Source: an uncultured Gemmatimonadaceae bacterium (GTDB lineage Bacteria; Gemmatimonadota; Gemmatimonadetes; Gemmatimonadales; Gemmatimonadaceae). Taken from it: 64,000 bases of DNA. The stretch covers positions 32,001 to 96,000 of the forward strand of contig CAWHHI010000011.1 of NCBI GenBank assembly GCA_963829055.1, given 5' to 3'. The notes below the pieces were generated by a model, which searched no databases, was not told the origin of the DNA, and saw only the letters and a program-made list of their open reading frames with translations. The position numbers were made by a program, and so were the translations under genes. Shown piece after piece: positions 44,838-55,297 of the stretch (position 1 is its first letter; each line of letters begins with the position of its first letter).

Positions 44838-46249
44838 ATGGCTGCGGCACCGCGAACGGCTCCGACGGGCACGTCCTCCGCGAATGCGTCCCCCAATGCA
44901 TCCCCGACGCGATTCCTGACAGTCTGGAACATGAGCTTCGGGTTCCTCGGGATCCAGTTCGGCTGGGCGCTGCAGATGGCGAACATGAGCGCCATCTACG
45001 AGTACCTCGGCGCGAAACCGGATCAGATCCCGATGCTGTGGCTCGCGGCGCCGCTCACGGGACTCATCGTGCAGCCGATCATCGGACAGTGGAGCGACAA
45101 CACGTGGTCGCCGCGCTTCGGGCGCCGGCGACCATTTTTTCTCGTCGGCGCGATTCTGAGCTCGCTCGCGCTGCTCGCGATGCCGACATCGAGCACGCTC
45201 TGGATGGCGGCGGGACTGCTGTGGATCCTGGACGCGTCGATCAACATCTCGCATGGAGCCATTCCGCGCGTTCGTCGCGGATCTCCTGCCGGCGCGGGAG
45301 CGCACGCGTGGCTTCGCGATGCAGAGTCTCTTCATCGGTCTCGGCGCGGTGATCGCATCGGCGATGCCGTGGATGCTGACGAACTGGTTCGGTGTCGCCG
45401 GAAGCACGCCGGGCACGATTCCGCTCACCGTGAAGTTGTCGTTCTTCATCGGCGCCGCGGCGTTCATCGGCGCGGTGCTGTATACGGTGCTGACCACGAA
45501 GGAGCATCCGCCGGAAGACATCGAGGCGTTCAAGCGTCGCCGGAAGGCGAACGTCGGCCTGGCGGCGAACGCCCGCGAGATTCTGCACGCGGCGCGTGAG
45601 ATGCCGGACACGATGCGCCAACTCGCCGTCGTGCAGATTGTCCACGTGGCTCGGCCTGTTCTGCATGTGGTTGTACTTCCCGGTCGCCGTCGCGCGTAAC
45701 GTGTTCGGCGCGCCGGATTCGAGCTCGCCGCTTTACCAGCAGGGCGTGGAATGGGCCGGCGTCTGCTTCGGCGCCTACTCGGCCGTGTGCTTCGCGTTCT
45801 CGTTCTTCCTGCCGTCGATCGCGCGCGCACTCGGACGGACGAAAGCGCACGCGTTCTGCCTGCTGGCGGGCGCAGCCGGCCTGCTCTCGGTCGTCGTGAT
45901 CCACCAGCCGAAGCTGCTGCTCCTCTCGATGGTCGGGGTCGGGATCGCGTGGACGAGCATCCTGTCGATGCCGTACGCGATTCTCGCCGGCTCGCTGCCG
46001 CGGGAAAAGACCGGCGTGTACATGGGCATCTTCAACTTCTTCATCGTCATTCCGGAGATCGTTGCATCGTTAGGCTTCGGCTGGGTGATGTCGCACCTGC
46101 TCGACAACAACCGGCTCTATGCCGTGGTGGCGGGCGGCGGGTTCCTGTTCCTCGCCGCGCTGCTCGTGTGGCGCGTGCGCGACCCGAGTGAGGCGCCGGC
46201 GTCGGTGCCGTCGGGCCAGCCCGTCATGACGACCAGCACGGTCGCGTGA
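44838..46249 (+). CDS. MFS maltose/sucrose-type transporter, frameshifted
   Basis: [51 protein letters not shown]. Confidence 0.9.
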
Positions 46250-46277
46250 AATGCGAGGCACGTAGGTTCAACGGCAG

Positions 46278-46488
46278 ACAGCAGGACAGGATGGCAGGAT
46301 TGACAGGATTGGACGGCTTGCAGCTCGGGCGGCCTCGCGCAACGAGCCGGGAATGAGGGGAACGCCCGGTCGGGACGCCACTCTCCCCGAGATGTGTTCC
46401 TTCATTCGTTAGGCCCGGCGGCGCGCTCCCCGACGCCGCGGCGGTCATCTTCTCAATCCTGTCAATCCTGGCCATCCTGTCTTGCTGT
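46278..46488. repeat. Nonamer (CAGGATTGA)-based inverted-repeat element
   Basis: ACAGCAGGACAGGATGGCAGGATTGACAGGATTG ... CAATCCTGTCAATCCTGGCCATCCTGTCTTGCTGT. Confidence 0.8.
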
Positions 46489-46583
46489 TCCCGCAGTTCC
46501 GCTCCGGATCGACTGCCCACAGCCCTCTACCTTGTCCGGTCGCGATTCCTCGACTCACTTCGTTCGCTCGGAATCACAGCCAC

Positions 46584-48418
46584 ATGAGACACGCACTCCT
46601 GGTCCTGATCGCCGCCGGGCATTGCCGGCGCGGCGACGCAATCGGCGGCGCAGGCTCCGACGATCGACAAGGTCGAGCCGCCGAACTGGTGGGCCGGGTA
46701 TTCGATCAATCCGGTTCGACTGCTCGTTCGCGGCAGCGGGCTCGCCGGCGCGAGGATGACGTGTGCGCGCCTAACGTGCGGTAGCCCCAAGGTCAACGCC
46801 GCCGGCACGTACGCGTTCGTGGACGTGACCGTTCCCGCGGGCACGGCTGCCGGCGCGTACCCGCTCGTGTTGCGGACCGCGGGTGGCAGCGCGACGGTGC
46901 CGTTCACGGTCAGCGGCGCACTCCCGAAGGCCGGGCGGTTCCAGGGCTTCGGCCCTGACGACGCGGTGTACCTCATCATGCCGGACCGATTCGCCAACGG
47001 CGACTCGGCCAACGACGACCCGGCCAAGTCCCGCGGGCTCGTCGACCGGAGCAAGACGCGCTTCTATCACGGCGGCGACCTGGCCGGCATCCGCCAGCGG
47101 CTGCCCTACCTCAAGTCGTTAGGCATCACGGCCCTCTGGCTCAACCCCATCTACGACAACAACGATCGGCTGAACGAGAAGGAAGTGTACGACGGCCAGC
47201 CGATCACGGACTATCACGGCTACGGTGCCGTCGACTTTTATGCCGTTGATGAGCATCTGGGCGACGTCGCGACGTTCCGCCAACTCGTCGACGACGCGCA
47301 CCGGATGGGCATCAAGGTCATCCTCGACATGGTGGCCAACCACACGGGGCCATATCACCCGTGGGTGAAGGACTCGCCGACGCCAACGTGGTTTCACGGA
47401 ACGGCCGACAAGCATCTCTCGAACACGTGGCAGATCTGGACGCTCGCGGATCCGCACGCCACGCCCGCGACGCGCGAGGCGACGCTGGACGGATGGTTCA
47501 TCGACATCCTCCCGGACTTCAATCAGGAGGACCCGGAGGTTTCGAAGTACATCATCCAGAACACGCTCTGGTGGGTCGCGATGAGCGGCATCGACGGGAT
47601 CCGTCAGGACACATGGCCGTACGTGCCGCGCGGTTTCTGGCGCGACTGGATGAGCGCGATCCGCCGCCAGTATCCCGCGCTCAAGGTCGTCGGCGAGGTC
47701 TCGGACGGAGATCCGTCGCTCGTCTCGTTCTTTCAGGGCGGGCGCACGCAGTACGACGGCATCGATGACAAGGTGGATGGCCTGTTCGATTACCCGCTGT
47801 TCTATCCAATGCGTCGCGCGTTCGGCGAGGGGAAATCGTTACGCGAGGTCGCACAGATGCTCGGGCACGACTGGCTGTACCCGGATCCCTCGCGGCTCAT
47901 GACGTTCGTGGGGCTGCACGACGTACCGCGGTTCATGAACGAGCGCGGCGCGACGATCAAGGGGCTCGAGCTCGCGTACACGTTCCTGCTCACCGCGCGC
48001 GGCACGCCACTGCTCTACTACGGCGACGAAGTCGCACTCCCCGGCGCGGGTGACCCGGACAATCGTCGCGACTTCCCAGGCGGCTGGTCAGGGGATGCCC
48101 GAAGTGCATTCGATGCATCCGGCCGCACGCCGCCGGAGCAACAGCTGTGGTCACACGTGCAGCGCCTGTTGCAGCTCCGCGCGCAGCGGAGCGATCTCCG
48201 AACCGGACGCATGGAGCATCTCGGTGACGAACGATCAGTCGTTCGTGTACCGCCGAGGGCGCACGGTGGTGGCGCTGAACAACGACACCACCGCGGTCAC
48301 GCTGCGGCTGCCGATCGCGACGTTGCCCGACGATGCGCTGGGCGTGTGTGCCCGTCCACGGAGCGAGAGCGGTGCCGTCGTAGTGGTTGTCCCGCCACGC
48401 AGCGGGTGCGTGTTCTAG
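46584..48418 (+). CDS. GH13 cyclomaltodextrinase/neopullulanase (SusA-like), frameshifted
   Basis: KVEPPNWW, YLIMPDRFANGD, YHGY, DMVANH, DGIRQDT, GEV, HDVPRF, YYGDE. Confidence 0.92.
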
Positions 48419-48448
48419 TGGCTGCCTAACGGACACAGACGTCATCTC

Positions 48449-48724
48449 GCGGTCCAACAGCGACGCAGAAGGACGCAGGCGCGCTGGCGACGCGCGACGC
48501 AGAAGGACGCAGAAAACTGCACCACGCCTCTGGACGACCGTCGCGTCTCGGCGAGCCTGTGAAAAAGGGGAACGACCTCGGGACGGGCATTGGCCAGCCC
48601 GAGGTCGTCCCCCTTTTTCACAGGCTCGGCGCACGCGCCGGCGTCCCGAGCGGCGTTTTCTGCGTCCTTCTGCGTTGCGGCTCGCGCAGCGCGCCTGCGT
48701 CGTTCTGCGTCGCTGTTGGACCGC
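48449..48724. mobile_element. MITE-like element with ~70-bp terminal inverted repeats and an internal hairpin
   Basis: GCGGTCCAACAGCGACGCAGAAGGACGCAG ... CTGCGTCGTTCTGCGTCGCTGTTGGACCGC; internal stem 48552-48628; second copy at 34.7 kb. Confidence 0.65.
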
Positions 48725-48774
48725 CCGACCAGAGCGTGCCCGTCCCGAACGCCTAACGACGCGAGATCAGGCGG

Positions 48775-48894
48775 TCATCTGCCGCCGCCGGTACTCAGCG
48801 CCTTGAGAACGAGTCCGACAAACATCGCGATCGCGACGATGATGATGAGCCAGCCCCACGCCGGGGTGCGGCTGTCGTGTGAAGCGTCTGGCAC
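48775..48894 (-). CDS. Small (39 aa) single-TM membrane protein
   Basis: GTG start after AAGAGG; MPDASHDSRTPAWGWLIIIVAIAMFVGLVLKALSTGGGR*. Confidence 0.45.
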   Translation of the reverse strand: MPDASHDSRTPAWGWLIIIVAIAMFVGLVLKALSTGGGR

Positions 48895-48984
48895 TGGTCT
48901 GAGCCTCTTTGAGTGATGCGCGAATAATAGTCAGCCCGAAACGCTCGGTCTGAGCTGATGGCTGATGGCCGATGGCTGTTGGCT

Positions 48985-49371
48985 TTACAACTGGCTCGTG
49001 CAATGCGCGCACCGGGTGGCCGCCACATCGATCGTCATCTTGCAGAATGGACAGTTCTTGGTGGCAGGCGCGGCGGCCGCGGGGGCCGGGCGAATGAACG
49101 CCACGCTGATCCGCCACGCGACGAACCCGACGATCACGAAATTCACCAGCGCACTTCCGAAATCGCCGATCTTGAACGGGATCGGGCCTGGCGTCACCAC
49201 CGTCTGCCACGACTTCGGATCCGGGGTCGCCACGGCAACGATCGGCATGATGAAGTCTTCCACGAGCGCCGTCACGAGCTTGTTCAGCGCGCCACCGACG
49301 ACGACCGCGATCGCCAACGCCAGCACGTTCTCTTTCACGAGGAACGTCTTGAACTCCTTCCACATCGGCAT
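48985..49371 (-). CDS. mscL: Large-conductance mechanosensitive channel with C-terminal Cys motif
   Basis: MWKEFKTFL..NVLALAIAVVVGGA..LVTALVEDFIMP...GDFGSALVNF; tail CPFC...CAHC. Confidence 0.9.
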   Translation of the reverse strand: MPMWKEFKTFLVKENVLALAIAVVVGGALNKLVTALVEDFIMPIVAVATPDPKSWQTVVTPGPIPFKIGDFGSALVNFVIVGFVAWRISVAFIRPAPAAAAPATKNCPFCKMTIDVAATRCAHCTSQL

Positions 49372-49598
49372 AGGGGCCTCGCGCAGTCAGGCGCAGTAAC
49401 GGTGGACGGTCGGGGAGCGGAACCCGACGCGGTCTTTTTTTCAGCGTGGGGGAAGTTGCGTCGTAGAGGCCGCTGCGCTAGTGCTCCCTTCGCCATCCGG
49501 CCACGCCTCACGAATTTGCTGTCGTTTCGGAGGCGGGCACGGCGGTTGCCTTTGGACATGGAGAAGTCACTCACCCCACGTATTCAGGCCGGAGTAGC

Positions 49599-50804
49599 AT
49601 GGCTGCAGGCACCACTGACGATAGCTCGGTCCTCGCGCCCGACGTCGATGAGCACGCGGAAGCGTCGCCCGCCGCGCCTGGCGCGCCGACGCCCAATCTC
49701 GCGAAGACGGCGTCGGCGCTCGCGACCGTTCGAGCGCGATCGGTGGGCGTCACCATCCTCGCGGTCCTGGCGCTGCTCTACACGCTGTTCTTCGCGCGCG
49801 ACTTCCTGCTGCCGATCGTCATCGCGCTGCTCCTGAACCTGTTGTTCAGTCCCGTCGTTCGTTCACTCACGCGGGTTGGGATCAGCGCACCGATCGGCGC
49901 GGCGGTCGTGGTGCTCGGACTCCTGGGGCTCGTGAGTTTCGGTGTCTACGAACTGTCGACGCCGGTGGAACGATGGGCCGCCGAAGCGCCGAAGACGCTC
50001 GCGAACGTCGAAACGCGCATGAAGAAGCTCATGAAGCCGCTGGAGCGCGTACGGCGTACCGCCGAGCAGGTCGAGACGGCGACGAGCACCGCGGCGCCGC
50101 CGAAGACGACCGAGGTCATCTTACGCGGGCCGGGAATCGTCGCGCGGGTGTTCGGCACGACGCAGCGCTTCGTCGCCGGCTCGCTGCAGGTGCTCATCCT
50201 GCTCTTCTTCCTGCTTGCCTCTGGCGACCTGTTTCTGCAGAAGCTCGTGAAGGTGTTGCCACAGCTGGGCGACAAGCGCAAGGCGGTAGAGATCGCGCGC
50301 GCGGCGGAGTCGTCGATCTCGACCTACCTCATCACGGCCCTGGCGATCAACGTCGGCGAAGGCATCGTGGTGGCCGGCGTGCTGTATCTGCTGAGGATGC
50401 CGAACCCGCTCCTGTGGGGCACGATGGTCGTCCTGCTCGAGTTCATCCCATACCTCGGCGCGGCGACGGTCGTCATCGTGCTGAGCGTCGCGGCGCTCAC
50501 GGCCTTCGACTCGGTGAGCCACGCGCTGCTGATCCCAGCGTCCTTCCTGGCGATCAACCTGCTCCAGGCGAACATCGTCAGTCCGATGCTGTTCAGTCAC
50601 CGCCTAACGCTGAATCCGGTGGCGCTGTTCGTGGGCCTGGGATTCTGGTGGTGGATCTGGGGAGTTCCCGGCGCGTTCATCGCGGTGCCGCTCGTGGCCA
50701 CGTTCAAGATCTTCTGTGACCACATCGCCACACTCGCGCCGATTGGCGAGTTTCTTGGCCAGCGCGATGAGAAGGAACGTCGCGAGACCGTGCGCGCGGC
50801 CTGA
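49599..50804 (+). CDS. AI-2E (PerM-like) family transporter
   Basis: Multi-TM; PNPLLWG, EFIPYLG, LNPV, WWWIWGVPGAFIAVPL. Confidence 0.88.
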   Translation: MAAGTTDDSSVLAPDVDEHAEASPAAPGAPTPNLAKTASALATVRARSVGVTILAVLALLYTLFFARDFLLPIVIALLLNLLFSPVVRSLTRVGISAPIGAAVVVLGLLGLVSFGVYELSTPVERWAAEAPKTLANVETRMKKLMKPLERVRRTAEQVETATSTAAPPKTTEVILRGPGIVARVFGTTQRFVAGSLQVLILLFFLLASGDLFLQKLVKVLPQLGDKRKAVEIARAAESSISTYLITALAINVGEGIVVAGVLYLLRMPNPLLWGTMVVLLEFIPYLGAATVVIVLSVAALTAFDSVSHALLIPASFLAINLLQANIVSPMLFSHRLTLNPVALFVGLGFWWWIWGVPGAFIAVPLVATFKIFCDHIATLAPIGEFLGQRDEKERRETVRAA

Positions 50805-50874
50805 TCCGCTGCTCGCTGCTGACGTTCGGGATCGCTGTCTTGTCGGCGGGGGTGTCGCGTCTCCGGCGCCGTAG

Positions 50875-51278
50875 GCGCTTACACGCCCTGAGCCGACGGG
50901 TACCGAACTCCGTGTACGGCTGGCTGGCTCGGCCCCGTCGTCTCGGGGCTACGCGCCAACGACCCCTACGACGCGACACCCCCGCCTCCTGCGTACGCAT
51001 CCCGACCGTCAGGGCAAGCAGCGCGCAGCACCCAGCAAGTGCGCGCCCTAACGCTGACCGCGCCGCCCGCAGAGGGGACGCGGACTTGCTGCGCTGCTGG
51101 CGCGTGGGCCGGTCGCGATGCGTGCGGCGGTGACGAGCGGCCGGCCACGCGAGCGAGCCATGACCGTGGGGCGCGGGCGCTCGGCGTAGGGGGCCTCGCG
51201 CGTAGCCCCGAGACGGCGGGGCCGAGCCACTCTCACAGCATGGAGTTCGGTACCCGCCGGCTCGAGGCGTGTAAGCGC
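50875..51278. repeat. ~400-bp element with ~100-bp imperfect inverted arms between convergent genes
   Basis: GCGCTTACACGCC..GGGTACCGAACTCC..GGCTCGGCCCCG..GTCTCGGGGCTACGCG pairs with 51185-51278. Confidence 0.8.
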
Positions 51279-51375
51279 GTGGCCACCGGAGCCGAGTGCC
51301 CGCGCCTAGCGCCGCGATGATCTCGACCAGCCCCGCGCGCGCCGATGCAAGCACGCAGCACGCAGCTCGCGCAGC

Positions 51376-53757
51376 CTAGAAGCGCGCCTCGAAATACAAG
51401 TCGAGCAGCGTACGCTTACGCGGCCAGATGCCGCGCGAGAGGTCCGCTCGGAACAGACCGTCCATGACGGACAGCCCCACCCCGGCACCGCTCACCGGGC
51501 GCCCCGGATGACTCCACGCCGAACGATCGCCCGCCCAGCCGAGGTCTCCGAACAGCGACGGACGCACGACCGCGAGTTGCTTGCCGAGCTCCGCGCGACT
51601 CAGCCAGTACGAGTTGCCCGTCTGACCCGGCTCCGTCAGGCTCGGCCGCTGCCCACGCACCGTGTGCGCGCCGCCGATGAAGTACGCGCGCTGCGGCGGC
51701 AACGTGCCGCCCGACGTCCCCGCGCTGCCCGTAACCGCCGCCTCGAAACCGGCGCCCAGGCCGCGCGACAGCGTCGCATCCAGCGCGCCCCGCGTGTAGT
51801 CGAACGTTCCCGCCGCCGCTTCAGCACGCACGTCCGTCAGCAGACGCCACCCCGCGGGGTCGAGACCGAACGTCCGGTTGTAACGCGCCTCGCCCCCGCC
51901 GATCGTTCCGGGCGTCGCTTCGATGTTCTCCATGAACTGCACGTCGTTGATCGAGTTCGCGAGCGAGAACTGCGTCTCGACCTCCGCGTTGCGATGCTGC
52001 TCGCCGAAGAGACGCCACGTGAAGCCGCCGCCACCGACGTTCGATCCCGTGAGCTCGCCACCCCACGTGCGGTAGTAGAAGCCCTCATCCAGACCGAACA
52101 ACACCGCGTTGAGCGAGCTGCCGAAACTCAGCGGCGTGCCGAAGTCGTTCGACGCCTCGAGCCGGCGATAAACGCCGAGCTGAAGTTGGCGCCGCCCATT
52201 CCCGCGCACCGCGTAGAGATCACCGTTGAGCTGCGCGTCGGCAAAACTGATCCGCGGGATGAGTCCGGCTCGATACCCTCGCCCGAATTCCTGTGTCACG
52301 GAGACGCCCGTCGAGAAGCCCTCGACGCGATTGTAGCGCGTCAGGTCCAGACCGTAGTGGATCACCGGTCGCTGCGGCGCCCAGTCCGACTGCAGCGAGA
52401 AGTCGAGAGACTTCATCAACTCGTCGCGCTCCGCTGTCCCGAACAGCTCTTCGCCCGGTTCGTAGATGGAAGCCGGCAAGTCCGGGGAACGCGCGAGCAC
52501 GGTGGAATCGCACGGGACGCGGAACGCCACACGCACCGCGCCGTTGTAGCGCGAGTCATAACGCGTGTACGAGCCTCCGTTCTCGCACTGCGATTTCCTG
52601 AGCGCCTTCTGCTCCTCGTGACGCACCGAATCGGCCTCGGCGAACCGCTTGGCGCGCTCCTTCCGCTGCTCCGGCGTGAGGTCGCGCCACTTCAGGCTGT
52701 CGCCGAATAGCGAGTCACGCAGAGACTTGGGCGTGGGCGGCACGGGCGGCAGGGAGTCGGTGCCGTTGACCGAGGCGTACTTGAAGCTCTCTTCCATCTT
52801 GAACGGCACGCGCATGAACCCGACCTGCGCCGAGCCTTCGGCCGCCTGCGCGCGCGGAAGCCAGAAGCGGCCACCGTACAGACCGTAGTCGATCGTCACG
52901 CCTTCGAGGTTCGCCTTCATGGGCGAGATGATCGCCTTCACGGCGACGGGCACGTCGTCCTCGTCGCCGTCGGCGTCAGCTTCTTCCTTCGCCACCTGCC
53001 AGATGTCCATCTCGACCGACATGCGATAGGCGGCACGTACGAGCTGCCCGCTGCTCACGTCGAACCAGAACGATCCAACTGACAGGCGCCAGTTCGGACG
53101 ACGCGGCTCGACCCGAAGCTCGCGCAGCGCGATCTTCTTACCGTCGGACAGCGTGAACGTGATGGAATCGCCCGTCGCGAAACGGTAGTACGCCTCCGAC
53201 CCGATCGCGATTGGATGGATCAGCTCTTCCGGATCGACCTCGGCCTTCGAGACTCCGGAGCCGATCCAGAGTGCGTCGCGGCCGGGGTAGTACGGGATCG
53301 GTGACATCTCGTGATAGTCGACATCCGCGTCCGCGCCTTTGACCATGGGCATCGCCGTGCGGGCGCCCTTGAGGTCCACCCAGGTGCCGCCGTCGCGCGA
53401 CCATCGAACGCGTGAGGCGTTCTCGGTGCGGAACAGCAGTCGGTCGCGACCGAACGTTCGAAAGCCGAGGCCGGCGGACATGCGCTGGTACGCCGTGGCA
53501 TTGTAGGACAGGAGCGCCGAGTCCTGACGCATGCGAGCCTCGCGTGCCTTGAGGAGGAGCGTCCGCGCTCCCGGGTCGCGGAAGGCAGATTGCTCCAGCT
53601 CCGGTGTCACGGGAATGCGCTTTCGCTCGGGTCGCTTCCCGTGGTCGATCGTATCGAGGGCGGCTTGCGACCGCTCCGTGGTATCGGATTTCGCGCCGAC
53701 GCGAACCGTGACTTGTTGATCGAATGCGAGGGCGAGCGCCAGGACAACCGAAAACAT
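51376..53757 (-). CDS. Outer-membrane protein with probable C-terminal beta-barrel (Omp85/BamA-like)
   Basis: Signal peptide; RYNRVEG motif; IGGAHTVRG (cf. VRGY); ends YFEARF. Confidence 0.65.
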   Translation of the reverse strand: MFSVVLALALAFDQQVTVRVGAKSDTTERSQAALDTIDHGKRPERKRIPVTPELEQSAFRDPGARTLLLKAREARMRQDSALLSYNATAYQRMSAGLGFRTFGRDRLLFRTENASRVRWSRDGGTWVDLKGARTAMPMVKGADADVDYHEMSPIPYYPGRDALWIGSGVSKAEVDPEELIHPIAIGSEAYYRFATGDSITFTLSDGKKIALRELRVEPRRPNWRLSVGSFWFDVSSGQLVRAAYRMSVEMDIWQVAKEEADADGDEDDVPVAVKAIISPMKANLEGVTIDYGLYGGRFWLPRAQAAEGSAQVGFMRVPFKMEESFKYASVNGTDSLPPVPPTPKSLRDSLFGDSLKWRDLTPEQRKERAKRFAEADSVRHEEQKALRKSQCENGGSYTRYDSRYNGAVRVAFRVPCDSTVLARSPDLPASIYEPGEELFGTAERDELMKSLDFSLQSDWAPQRPVIHYGLDLTRYNRVEGFSTGVSVTQEFGRGYRAGLIPRISFADAQLNGDLYAVRGNGRRQLQLGVYRRLEASNDFGTPLSFGSSLNAVLFGLDEGFYYRTWGGELTGSNVGGGGFTWRLFGEQHRNAEVETQFSLANSINDVQFMENIEATPGTIGGGEARYNRTFGLDPAGWRLLTDVRAEAAAGTFDYTRGALDATLSRGLGAGFEAAVTGSAGTSGGTLPPQRAYFIGGAHTVRGQRPSLTEPGQTGNSYWLSRAELGKQLAVVRPSLFGDLGWAGDRSAWSHPGRPVSGAGVGLSVMDGLFRADLSRGIWPRKRTLLDLYFEARF

Positions 53758-53850
53758 TGAAGCTCCGAGAGTGGGGGGCGGCGCCTGCCTTTACGTCATC
53801 GTTCACAGGGTGGTTTCGATACCCCCATGCCCGTGAGTGTTCCGGGGGCA

Positions 53851-55171
53851 CTAGCCGGCGGGGCGTACCCGCGGGCGCGCCACGGACCGTATCGGCCGCG
53901 GGAGGGGCCTTCTTTGGCATGATGGCCTCGTGCTTCATTCGCCGCCGCCATATCGACGCCTGCCATTCCTGCTCCGCCGTGCGCTCCTTCGCCTCGCCGA
54001 TGGCGAAGAGCATCGCGGTCAGCGCGATCGCGAGCGGCCCGAGCACGGCGATCGGACCCGTCGGCAACACCCTGGCTCGGCCGTCGTCATCGCGATTCAC
54101 GCGTTCCACGAGTGCGGGAAAACGCCGCTGCATCCAGACGGTGGCCACGATCACGAGGAGGCCGAGCGTCGCGAGCGCGACCGGCAGTGCGATGACGCGA
54201 CGGAAGACGTCGAATGCGAGGTAGCCGAGGTACCCGAACGCCGCGACGCCGCCGGCGAGGAGCAGCACGCGTCGTCGGAGATAGAGTGACGCAACGACGA
54301 GCGCCGCGGCGACGAGCGGCATCGCGTGTCGCCAGGCGCCGATCGATGACCAGACCTGCGTGTAGCCGACGCCCAGCGTGATCGAGCCGGCGATGTAGAA
54401 CCAGAGGGCGTAGTCCTCGTCAGGCGGTTGGCGTCGATCCACCGCGTAGGCGATGGCGAACAGCGTGCACGCGATCACGCACTGGTAATACGGGCCCACG
54501 TACCACGACAGGCGCGGGTCGCCTAACGCCCGCCCCAGATGCAGCATCACGCCGACGAGCGCGATGGCGACGGGAGCCGCCAGCCCGAAGAACGGCACGC
54601 GGCGGATCGTGGCGAGCGCGACGCCGATGGTGGCGAGCTCGATGATGATGGCGCGCGATGCCATGTAGGGATCGTACCGCGCGAGCGCGTTGTCCCACGC
54701 GAGCGGATCGGGCCATTCACCGGTAAGGCGGAGCACCGCCCAGCCCCAAACGGGCGTCATCGCAACGGCGAGCACAGCAGCGATCCCACCAGCAAGCTCG
54801 AACCCACGACGGCGGAGCAATGTGGCGGCACCCGCGAACGCCGCCGCATACAGCACCGACACGCCGAGCACGCCGCCGGGTCCGAGCGCGGTCCACCGGT
54901 CGGCGAGCAACCAGCCGAGGGCGAACAACACGAGCAGTGCGCCGAGCGAGTAGGCGATGGTGATGGCGTTGAAGCCGCGGCGCGCCTCCCGACCGATCGT
55001 CGCGCCAGGCGTGGCGGCGGCTATCGCCGCGTTAGGCACCACGGTCGCCAGCTCGACGGCGAGCGCGTGCAGCGCGGTTCGCTGCTCGGCGTCGATGACA
55101 CCGCGGTCAGCAGCAGCGTCGATGAGGGCGCTGGCCGGGACGTTACGGGTGAGTCGGTCGACTTCGGACAC
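53851..55171 (-). CDS. Multi-pass membrane protein (DUF2157-like); 3' end uncertain
   Basis: AADRGVIDAEQRTAL N-terminus, YSLGALLV, ~11 hydrophobic segments; ORF read-through into the next gene probably due to an indel. Confidence 0.65.
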
Positions 55172-55297
55172 TATTCGCCTGGATCACAAATATTGCTTTC
55201 CACACGCGGCATTGGGCTTGCTTACTTTCGCGACCGTTCACCGTCGCGCTGCATGTCGCTGTACCCGTTGCACCACCCTCAACCACAGGTCCGAGCG

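Noticed and set aside
53138..55171. 677-aa ORF overlapping the outer-membrane gene by ~600 bp
   Set aside because: The sequence after the TM region is Arg/Pro-rich shadow translation; probably a missed stop near 53851 due to an indel.
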